The position numbers and the translations under genes are program-made. Positions 29,088 through 37,085 of a stretch of 62,927 nt of DNA are shown piece after piece (within the stretch, counting starts at the first letter, position 1; every line of letters starts with the position of its first letter). The notes under the pieces are model-generated. The model had not been told where the DNA came from. It ran no database searches and saw only the letters and a list, made by a program, of their open reading frames with translations. Location of the stretch: positions 1 to 62,927 of the forward strand of contig CAYGRF010000001.1 in assembly GCA_964352275.1 (NCBI GenBank), written 5' to 3'. This stretch comes from an uncultured Caulobacterales bacterium (GTDB taxonomy: Bacteria > Pseudomonadota > Alphaproteobacteria > Caulobacterales > Maricaulaceae).

Positions 29088-30262
29088 TAGACAAACACGT
29101 CCGTGCTCGGCGCGCCCAAATGCACTGCGCCAAGATTACGCGCAAAACTAACAGGGCTGTTGGCGACGTGAGCGCGGCCGATATGGACGTCGTGCCAAAT
29201 ATCTTGGATGGGCGAGCCATTATAAACACTGCGTCCGCCGGCAACATTAAACAAAAGATCAACCGCCTCCATCATGCGCTCAATCACCAAACTGGCCTGA
29301 TAACGATATTTGACGCGGTCCATCATGGGGATCTCTTCGTCTGCATTCACGCGCGCCATCATGTGATCAAAATTGCGGAACATAATCGCTTCAGTCTCAT
29401 CAATCAGGTTCGACGCCTCAGCAATCCGCCGCGTTACATCTGGATCCCCGGCAAGGCGGGTCGGATCAGTAGAACTGCCTGTCGCATTCTCAATAAATAA
29501 TTTGAGTGCATGCTTGGCCGCGCCAATAGAGGGCGTACAAACCACACGGATGAACATTTGCGCCCACGGGATAGAGTACATAGGATTGTCTTGGTAATGC
29601 TTACAATTAAAGCCGTCCATCTGGTGATGGGTCCGGTACTCGGGCACAAATACAGGTTCTTTGATCACAATATCGTTTGATCCGGTCGCCTGTAATCCCA
29701 TCGCATGCCACGTATCTTCGATCTCGTAATCCGCGCGCGGCACAAGGAAAGTGCGGTAGTGAATATTCTCTTTGCCCTGATCAAATATCAACCCGCCCAG
29801 CAGCACCCATGAGCAATGCCCCGAACCACTACTCCAGCCCCATTGCCCGGAGAGCTTAAAGCCGCCTTCGACCGTCTCGACCTTTGCGCCTGCTGGATTG
29901 TAAGACGAACTAATCAGCGTATCCGGGCCCGCCGCATACACATCTTTAGCCGCCTTGGGATCCATCAAGGATAATTGGTAGGCATGCACAGCGATAATTC
30001 CGCTGGCCCAAGCCGTTCCCATGTCGCGCTCAGCAATATCAATGGAGGCTTTGAAAAACTCTTGGGGCGTCGATTCAATACCACCATATTGCTTCGGTAG
30101 AAACGCACGAAAATATCCGGTTTGCCGGATAGCCTCAATCACATCTTTGGAAATCTCACGGTTGGCACGTCCTTCGGCAGCTTTTTCCGATACCAAGTCT
30201 AATACGCCTGAAACATCCAAACCCTGATTATCTTGCACAGTTTTTAATGCAGCTTGTCCCAT
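29087..30262 (-). CDS. hsaA: flavin-dependent monooxygenase oxygenase subunit, ACAD fold (HsaA/TesA1-like)
   Basis: ISSSYNPAG, LSGQWGWSSG, FLVPRADYEIEDTWHAMGLQATGSN and PIQDIWHDVHIGRAHVANSP match recalled HsaA strings (ISSSYAPMG, FLIPRSEYEIKDVW..GLRGTGSN, PIQRFWRDAHAGRVHAAN). AAGGAG lies 6 nt before the ATG at 30262. Confidence 0.75.
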   Translation of the reverse strand: MGQAALKTVQDNQGLDVSGVLDLVSEKAAEGRANREISKDVIEAIRQTGYFRAFLPKQYGGIESTPQEFFKASIDIAERDMGTAWASGIIAVHAYQLSLMDPKAAKDVYAAGPDTLISSSYNPAGAKVETVEGGFKLSGQWGWSSGSGHCSWVLLGGLIFDQGKENIHYRTFLVPRADYEIEDTWHAMGLQATGSNDIVIKEPVFVPEYRTHHQMDGFNCKHYQDNPMYSIPWAQMFIRVVCTPSIGAAKHALKLFIENATGSSTDPTRLAGDPDVTRRIAEASNLIDETEAIMFRNFDHMMARVNADEEIPMMDRVKYRYQASLVIERMMEAVDLLFNVAGGRSVYNGSPIQDIWHDVHIGRAHVANSPVSFARNLGAVHLGAPSTDVFV

Positions 30263-30376
30263 ATCAATCTCCTTAATCATCCCTAAACTACCAAACACTG
30301 CGCATTTTTCAATGCTATTTTATACGCAAAGTAAGATAAAATGTCCCATTTTTACGCCAATTGCGTAAAATACCGC

Positions 30377-31900
30377 TCATTTCACGCCGAGTTTAAATTT
30401 CTGCACCTTGCCGGATGCGTTTCGCGGCAAAGCATTATGAACCGTCATTCCGCGCGGAACTTTGTAGTTCGCCATGCGCTCCCGCGCCCATGTGCGTAAA
30501 TCGCCCTGCGACAGCACGGCCCCGGCCGCTAAAACAATATGAGCGTGCGTGACCTCGCCCAAGCGGGGATCGGAAACACCCGTAACGGCAACATCGTTGA
30601 TAGACGGGTGCTGAAGCAGCGTTTTTTCCACTTCTGCCGGATAACAGTTAAAGCCGCCCACAATCACCATATCTTTTTTTCGGTCCGTGATTTTGATGTA
30701 ACCTGCCGCGTCTTGGATGCCAATATCGCCGGTCTTTAGCCAACCATCCTCTGTTATGGTCTCTTGGGTCGCGGACATGTCATCTAAGTAGCCCTGCATT
30801 ACATGAAAGCCGCGCACCCAAATCTCTCCTTCTTGGCCAGTTGCAAGCGCACTTCCTGCTTCATCCGTGATTTGGAGCTCTGTGCCCGGTAGAGGCCGCC
30901 CGCATGTGGTTGCGATTGTTTCAAAATCATCGCCTTGCTGACATAGGCTGACAACACCCGTCGATTCGGTCAGGCCATAGGCGGAATAAACATGATCAAT
31001 ACCCAAATCCTCATGCATCCGCCGAATGAGGTCAACCGGGATGGTTGCTGCTCCAGTGGTCGCGACCCGCAAGCTGGATAGGTCAAACCTTGGGCGCTCT
31101 GGATGATCCAGCAGGGTCTGAAAAATCGTCGGCGCGCCCGGCATAACTGTAATGGAACCGTGCTCAATCCGCCGCATCACATCCACCGGATCAAACACAG
31201 CCAGCGGATAGATCGCGCAGCCTTTAATGAGACAGGATAACCAGCCCGCCTTGTAGCCAAAACTATGAAAGAACGGATTGACGATTAGATAGCGGTCATC
31301 CCCGTTCATTCCAATGGCGTCTGTGAAGGCCTCAAAGACTTTGACGTTTTGCGCATGTGTAGTGATTGCGCCTTTCGGAGCGCCGGTCGTGCCGGACGTA
31401 AAAATAATATCGGAAATATCTGAGTCTTTCAGGCCAAGTGCTCCGCTGCCCTTTTTTGGACGCGCCAGCAGCGCATCAAAGGCGGATTTTTCGCTCTCGC
31501 CCCGGATCACGACAATCTCTTGTAGATCTGGCAGGTCATGCCCAGCAAGCATCTTGGGATAATCAAATCCCAAAAACCCTTTAACTGTGAAAACAAATCG
31601 GCACTTTGCGCGGCGGATAATGTCAGCCGCTTCTGCGCCTTTATACCGTGTATTGAGCGGCACTAATACACAGCCCAAAGCCTGCGCAGCCAAAGCTGTG
31701 ATAATCCATTCTGCGCAATTGGGTGCCCAAATCGCAAATCGGTCACCTGCCGCGAGGCCCATACCGCGAAATACGCCCATGGTACCAGATACTAACCCTT
31801 GAAGTTCGGCATATGACAACGCCCAAGCGCCGTCCTGTATAGCCAATGCATGGGGCCGTGCCAAAGCCTGTTGCGATAGGATGCCGGGTATTGTTACCAT
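30377..31900 (-). CDS. AMP-dependent acyl-CoA synthetase/ligase (FadD3-like by context)
   Basis: IIFTSGTTGAPKGA (A3), YGLTE, TGDIG, GFNCYP and SGKVQK motifs. Confidence 0.8.
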   Translation of the reverse strand: MVTIPGILSQQALARPHALAIQDGAWALSYAELQGLVSGTMGVFRGMGLAAGDRFAIWAPNCAEWIITALAAQALGCVLVPLNTRYKGAEAADIIRRAKCRFVFTVKGFLGFDYPKMLAGHDLPDLQEIVVIRGESEKSAFDALLARPKKGSGALGLKDSDISDIIFTSGTTGAPKGAITTHAQNVKVFEAFTDAIGMNGDDRYLIVNPFFHSFGYKAGWLSCLIKGCAIYPLAVFDPVDVMRRIEHGSITVMPGAPTIFQTLLDHPERPRFDLSSLRVATTGAATIPVDLIRRMHEDLGIDHVYSAYGLTESTGVVSLCQQGDDFETIATTCGRPLPGTELQITDEAGSALATGQEGEIWVRGFHVMQGYLDDMSATQETITEDGWLKTGDIGIQDAAGYIKITDRKKDMVIVGGFNCYPAEVEKTLLQHPSINDVAVTGVSDPRLGEVTHAHIVLAAGAVLSQGDLRTWARERMANYKVPRGMTVHNALPRNASGKVQKFKLGVK

Positions 31901-32013
31901 AAAATTATGCCTAAATATTACGCAATTAAGACCACGGACTATACAAACAGATAAAATTGCGCAACATATGGTCTATATTTTTACGCACTTAATGTCGCGC
32001 GCTAGAGGTAAGT

Positions 32014-32781
32014 ATGGATTTTAAGGGTAAAACCTATATTGTGACAGGCGGCGGGCGCGGGATCGGGCGCGGCATTACCGCCGCTTTTGCCAATGCCGGA
32101 GCCAATGTTGTAATTTGCGGACGGCGCGAGCCTGAAAGCTTTGACGTGCCCATCAATCCCCGCGTGCATTTCATACCGCTTGATATTCGCAGCGCGGAAG
32201 CGGCTGCAGAACTCGTGCAGTTTACATTGTCCAAAACAGGCCGACTTGACGGACTGATCAATAATGCCGGCGGCGGGCCGCCTGTTGCCTCAAAAGACGC
32301 AAGTCCCCGCCTGACCGAGTCCGTTATCAAACTGAACCTGCTGGCACCGATATATCTTTCGCAAGCCGCCTATCCAGAACTGGTCAAAACGGGCGGCTCT
32401 ATCATCAATATTTCCAGCGTCTCGGCCACGCGTTCATCACCGGGCAGTGTTGCTTACGGGGCGGCAAAAGCCGGCCTTTTGAATGTGACCACCTCGCTGG
32501 CTATGGAATGGGCGCCCGATGTACGCGTGAACGCGATTATTGTCGGTCTTGTGCAAACCGAAGCCTCATCTGATCATTATGGCGGCGAAAAAGGCATGGC
32601 GCATCTGGCCGCTGCCCTCCCTATGAAACGTATGGGACGCCCGGAAGATATTGCAAATGCCTGCCTCTTTCTTGCAAATCCCGCCAACAGCTATGTATCC
32701 GGCGCGTGTCTTGAAGTGTTTGGCGGGGGCGAGCAGCCAAGTTTTCTGAAAATAGCCGAAGAAGCGCATAAATTGGGATGA
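32014..32781 (+). CDS. SDR-family oxidoreductase
   Basis: TGGGRGIGRG, NNAG, YGAAKAG. Its stop overlaps the next start (ATGA). Confidence 0.85.
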   Translation: MDFKGKTYIVTGGGRGIGRGITAAFANAGANVVICGRREPESFDVPINPRVHFIPLDIRSAEAAAELVQFTLSKTGRLDGLINNAGGGPPVASKDASPRLTESVIKLNLLAPIYLSQAAYPELVKTGGSIINISSVSATRSSPGSVAYGAAKAGLLNVTTSLAMEWAPDVRVNAIIVGLVQTEASSDHYGGEKGMAHLAAALPMKRMGRPEDIANACLFLANPANSYVSGACLEVFGGGEQPSFLKIAEEAHKLG

Positions 32782-33263
32782 CGATTGAGAGCCGACTATC
32801 CCGCACCGAAGCCGAATTGGCGATCCGTAATGTGATCGCGCTTTACGGTCTTGCGGCTGATTGCGGCGATGTCGATACGGCGCTAGCCTGTCATACCCCG
32901 GATGCGGTTTATGTCGTGAGCGACCCCAACGCCGGACGCGGCGAGCCCTCGCAAGATTTAGAATTGCGCGGCCATGCGGCTATAAGGGATATGCTCTTGT
33001 CCGATATGCATCAATCGCTTCTGCCCGATTGCGCGCATACGGTCGGGCCGCTGTTTGTGAAAGTTGACGGCGATCGCGCAGCCGTCACAGGATATTCGCG
33101 CGTCTATCACCTTAAAGGCGGACAGCCCGCCCTGATGCGCTTGGCATTTAATCATTGGACACTGTCCCGCAGCGGCGAAGATTGGAAAATCGCTCGCCGC
33201 GAATCCCGCGTCATGGGCGAACCTGCCGCGCAAACCTTGTTGAAGAAGGCTTTATCGTTATGA
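32778..33263 (+). CDS. SnoaL-like / NTF2-fold protein
   Basis: 161 aa. ELAIRNVIALYGLAADCGDVD and WKIARRE are typical of SnoaL_4-type proteins. 4-nt overlaps on both sides. Confidence 0.65.
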   Translation: MTIESRLSRTEAELAIRNVIALYGLAADCGDVDTALACHTPDAVYVVSDPNAGRGEPSQDLELRGHAAIRDMLLSDMHQSLLPDCAHTVGPLFVKVDGDRAAVTGYSRVYHLKGGQPALMRLAFNHWTLSRSGEDWKIARRESRVMGEPAAQTLLKKALSL

Positions 33264-34483
33264 ATAATTTTAGAGGATGGCACGTCCTAGGCGGCGGCTT
33301 TGTCAATGCCATGTTAATTGCCGGGGCTGCGATTTATGCATTCGGCGCTTTTGTAACACCGATTGAAGCGGAATTTGGGTTTAGCCGTGAGCAAACCAAT
33401 CTGGGCATCATCGCGCTCTATGTCTCCATGATGCTCTGGGCGGTGCTTGTCGGGCGCTGGCTTGAAAAATATTCGGCGAAATTGTTCTCGATCCTCGGCG
33501 CAATCGCCTTCGGCCTTGGCTATCTGCTGATCGGAACCGCGCAAAGTCCCGTGGTCATCCTGCTCGCCATTGCTATTTTGCTCGGATTTGGTTTTACCGC
33601 TGCAGGCCCGTTTTTAGAAAATGCTCTTGCCGCGCGCTGGTTTACCCGTATGCGCGGCCGGGCGCTCGGTATTGCAGCCATTGCAACATCAGCGGGCGGC
33701 GCTGTGGTTGTCCCAGTTGTTGCTGTCCTGATTGAGCGTTACGGATGGCGCGAGACAACCTTCATCCTCGCCGCCATTATTCCTGCAATTATCATCCTTA
33801 TTGCGTGGCGGTTTATCATCAGCCGACCGGAGGACATCGGTCAGTTTCCGGACGGCGATGCAAGCCCCGCTGAAACCCCCATTATGGACTCAACCGAAAA
33901 GCCCCATATGTGGAGCAACAAGAATTTCTGGCTCATTGCTCTGGGAACCGGGTTGTTACTCGGCAGTGACCAAGCGCTCTTAATATCCCTCATCCCCTAC
34001 GGCGAAGGTCTTGGTTTTAGTAAAGCCCAAGCGGGATATGTTATGGGCGTCATGACTGCTTCAGCGGTTTTCGGAAAACTCGTTGTCGGTTGGCTTGCCG
34101 AGCGTTTTGATAAGAGGCTCTTATTCGCGCTCGTTTGCGTCTCCAATATTATCTTCCTTATCGCCGTGCTGCTCAATCCGTCTTACTGGCAACTCATGAC
34201 CGTTGCGGCGTTTGTCGGCCTCGCCATTGGCGGGGTCTATCCCGTCTGGACAACACTCACGGCCGACTGTTTTGGCCGCGCGCATTTTGCCCGCGTCATC
34301 GGCGCTATGAACCTGATCACCATACCGCTCATGCTCATCTCGATCACATTGATCGGGCGAACATTTGACATGACCGGCAGCTATGCACTCGCCTTTAAAA
34401 TCTTCATCCCGCAAGTGATCTTATCGGCGATCATTATCGGCTTTGTTGCGCTCCCCAAGAAAAAACAAAAGGCCCCTCAATGA
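33260..34483 (+). CDS. MFS transporter
   Basis: About 12 hydrophobic helices and the loop motif ARWFTRMRGRALG. The ATG at 33260 overlaps the upstream TGA (ATGA). The ORF-track start at 33155 would overlap the SnoaL gene by 109 nt. Confidence 0.8.
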   Translation: MNNFRGWHVLGGGFVNAMLIAGAAIYAFGAFVTPIEAEFGFSREQTNLGIIALYVSMMLWAVLVGRWLEKYSAKLFSILGAIAFGLGYLLIGTAQSPVVILLAIAILLGFGFTAAGPFLENALAARWFTRMRGRALGIAAIATSAGGAVVVPVVAVLIERYGWRETTFILAAIIPAIIILIAWRFIISRPEDIGQFPDGDASPAETPIMDSTEKPHMWSNKNFWLIALGTGLLLGSDQALLISLIPYGEGLGFSKAQAGYVMGVMTASAVFGKLVVGWLAERFDKRLLFALVCVSNIIFLIAVLLNPSYWQLMTVAAFVGLAIGGVYPVWTTLTADCFGRAHFARVIGAMNLITIPLMLISITLIGRTFDMTGSYALAFKIFIPQVILSAIIIGFVALPKKKQKAPQ

Positions 34484-35310
34484 CTTTGACATCACTACTG
34501 ACAGCGCGCGACGGCAAAGTCCTGACGATCACGCTTGACCGCCCGGATAAACTCAACGCGCTGACGCCGACGCTTCTGGCGGAATTAAAGTCCACGTTGG
34601 ACGGTGCCGCCGCTGATGACGGGGTTTCCGTGGTGATCATCAATAGCCGTGGCCGCGCCTTTTGCGCAGGCTATGATCTGAATGAAGAAAACTGGATAAC
34701 CTCCCAATACCCAGCCAGCCATCCCGGCGGCGTGGATTACGCGCAGGACAAAAAGGACATTGATGCCTTGCTGGATTACTGGCTGGATATGCGCCGTTTT
34801 CCCAAACCGATCATCGCATCCGTTCACGGCGCGGCGCTCTCCGGCGCAGGCGAGATGCTGGCGGTGTGTGACCTCGTTATTGCCAGCGAAAATGCAAGCT
34901 TTGGTCACCCCGCTGGCCGTGATCTCGGCATTCCACCTACAGTGTTTTTCTGGCCGCTCACCATCGGTATGCGCAAGACCAAAGAGATGCTCTATACCGC
35001 ACGGTCAATGGACGCGCTTGAAGCCGAAAAAACAGGTCTGATTAACGCCGTTGTGGCGGCGGATGTGCTGGATGACCATGTTATGGCTCTCGCGCAAGAC
35101 ATTGCTAAAACTCCGGTCAACCACCTTATGATTCTCAAAGAATCAGCGGATAATTTTTACGATAATATGGGTTTGGAAAAATCTTCGCGCGCGGCCTCAA
35201 AACTCGACGCAGATTTTCACCAAAGCCCAACCTTCCTCGCCTTTTTCAAACTCGTCCGGGAAAAGGGCATGAAAGCGGCGCTGCAGGAGCGTAAACGCCT
35301 ATTCGGATAG
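34480..35310 (+). CDS. enoyl-CoA hydratase/isomerase (crotonase) family protein
   Basis: LTITLDRPDKLNAL, RAFCAGYDL and HGAALSGAGEML (oxyanion-hole segments). Confidence 0.85.
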   Translation: MTLTSLLTARDGKVLTITLDRPDKLNALTPTLLAELKSTLDGAAADDGVSVVIINSRGRAFCAGYDLNEENWITSQYPASHPGGVDYAQDKKDIDALLDYWLDMRRFPKPIIASVHGAALSGAGEMLAVCDLVIASENASFGHPAGRDLGIPPTVFFWPLTIGMRKTKEMLYTARSMDALEAEKTGLINAVVAADVLDDHVMALAQDIAKTPVNHLMILKESADNFYDNMGLEKSSRAASKLDADFHQSPTFLAFFKLVREKGMKAALQERKRLFG

Positions 35311-35332
35311 GCCTTTGCGAAACTGTTGATAG

Positions 35333-35428
35333 TTAGTGCAGTTCCAGTTAAGTCGGAAACGGAAATTGGGCCTTACTTGCCCATTTTCCGATACTTTCGT
35401 GAGTATGACTAAACAAGAAATGCACTAA
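35333..35428. repeat. ~96-bp palindromic intergenic repeat, copy A (MITE/REP-like)
   Basis: Terminal inverted repeats TTAGTGCAGTTCC ... GAAATGCACTAA. Internal hairpin GGAAATTGGGCC-TTAC-TTGCCCATTTTCC. The reverse complement aligns with 48060-48154. Confidence 0.6.
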
Positions 35429-35448
35429 AGCGCGGCAAAGTTCCGACT

Positions 35449-36921
35449 TTACACCGGCGGCATGACAAAAAAGACGGCGGTGGCCATGATTAAAAGACTA
35501 CCAGTAATTGCCATACGCGGCTTGCTGTCTTGCTTCATCAAATACCAAAATACTGGCAACAATAGCACATTCACAAGGATGATAAATGTCTGGAAGGATT
35601 GAGATATAGGCTCCAATATCTCCCCCGACAGACTGGCAGCCAAACGCGGCAGGAATACTGCCATATCGATAGAAACCGCCAAGCCCAGAAAGGCTTTCGC
35701 ACCATCAGAGAGCGTCAGGCGACAGGCCTTCAACACACTCATACCTTTGTCCATCAAAGCAAATCCATACTCCCGGCCGGCAATCAAACCGAGGAAAACA
35801 AAGGTTGTTGACATCGGAATGTCAGACACTTCCTTGAATAGGAATAACAAAGAGGCATAGAAAAAGTCGATAATAGTCGCGGAGCGAATATCGGTAACCG
35901 CCGTTTTGGCTTGTAGAATTTTTTGAACCGGGCCGCCTTTGTTCCAAAACGTGTAAGCCAACAATATAAGAATCGCTGACATCGCTACAAAACCCTCAAG
36001 GGCGGAGAGTTGACGCGGCAAGAATACAAAAATATTGGCAAAATCCTGAATCAACCAAACGCCCCAGAGATAGCCCGTTGTAATCCACTGCAGCAGCACC
36101 CAATAAATGCTATTCTCGGCCCGGTAATTCGCTGCAATCCAAAATATAAAACCGGCAAAAGCCAGCGCCATGACCCCGATCATGACAGGCGGTGCGCCCA
36201 ACAGGCTTAGAAAATAAGCGGAAATTCCTGCGACAACCACAGAAATGCCCGCATCAATTATCTTATTTGTAAAACGCTCATGTGCGGCCAGCGCGATGAG
36301 GTCAACCAAAAGCCCTAAGCAAATGACGGCGCTGGCAGCTTTCAAGCCATACAGTGTCTCATCAATTAAAAGCGGCGGAATAAAACATATGACCAGCGCA
36401 ATCAAAACGCCCATTCCCGTTGCCAGACCCCAAGGGGCCCTGTGACTTAAGGGGTTGTTTTTAAAGTATTTCTCTAATGTTTTCGATAAAACGAGATAAA
36501 CGATGAGGCCGACAATAAAAGCGAGACCATATCCAATGAGGGATTTGGTGAGCATAGACGTCAATCCGCCAACGGACGCAAACACTGTCAGCACCATAAA
36601 TGTTGTCGATACAGGAATTCCAAAGCGCGTAATGATCAAAAGCGCCAGCGGCGGAAGGGTATGATACCATTGTATGCCGCCTTCAGGCCACGGATATTTA
36701 TCAGAATTAGCCAAGCGGCCCCATGACGGGTCTCCGTCATTGATGATCCAGCCATAGGTAAAGGAGGCTACGAGAATGAAGCCAGCAAACAGAAACAGCC
36801 AAAACCAATGTAGGCGCGAATTTGAATTGATAAACGTACCTAGCGTCTGCAAAGCGTCATTGCCAACCACAGCGTAGGCCGCAAATAGAAAGCCAATCGC
36901 TGCAAATATTCCAATTTCCAT
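35449..36921 (-). CDS. polytopic membrane protein, distant PiT/PHO4-superfamily-like permease (candidate sulfate/anion transporter)
   Basis: 490 aa, strongly hydrophobic. N-terminal VVGNDALQTLGTFINS resembles the PiT motif GANDVANAFGTSVGS. Repeated P(V/M)STTF elements (IPVSTTFMVL, IPMSTTFVFLGLIAGRE) resemble the P-x-STTH repeat. Same strand as, and downstream of, the cys operon. Confidence 0.5.
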   Translation of the reverse strand: MEIGIFAAIGFLFAAYAVVGNDALQTLGTFINSNSRLHWFWLFLFAGFILVASFTYGWIINDGDPSWGRLANSDKYPWPEGGIQWYHTLPPLALLIITRFGIPVSTTFMVLTVFASVGGLTSMLTKSLIGYGLAFIVGLIVYLVLSKTLEKYFKNNPLSHRAPWGLATGMGVLIALVICFIPPLLIDETLYGLKAASAVICLGLLVDLIALAAHERFTNKIIDAGISVVVAGISAYFLSLLGAPPVMIGVMALAFAGFIFWIAANYRAENSIYWVLLQWITTGYLWGVWLIQDFANIFVFLPRQLSALEGFVAMSAILILLAYTFWNKGGPVQKILQAKTAVTDIRSATIIDFFYASLLFLFKEVSDIPMSTTFVFLGLIAGREYGFALMDKGMSVLKACRLTLSDGAKAFLGLAVSIDMAVFLPRLAASLSGEILEPISQSFQTFIILVNVLLLPVFWYLMKQDSKPRMAITGSLLIMATAVFFVMPPV

Positions 36922-37085
36922 GGTCCATCCCCTGAATTCTTAGGGATGCATATAGCCCGCGAGCGACATTTTTGTGACAGAGAGGCCTCGTTGACGTACC
37001 TTTTTTCGGTCAGGCAATAATGCGGCAATTGAGCATTAACGCGTTTACACTAAAGGAATAAGCAACGCGCCTAATAGATTTGTGA

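Noticed and set aside
33155-33259. Upstream extension of the MFS ORF. The same question arises for 38274-38351 (cysH), 42278-42469 (autotransporter), 46362-46388 (suhB) and 52053-52094 (lipoprotein).
   Set aside because: The extensions overlap the preceding genes or lack signal and TM logic. Downstream ATGs give canonical ATGA or TGA-ATG coupling, signal peptides or Shine-Dalgarno spacing.
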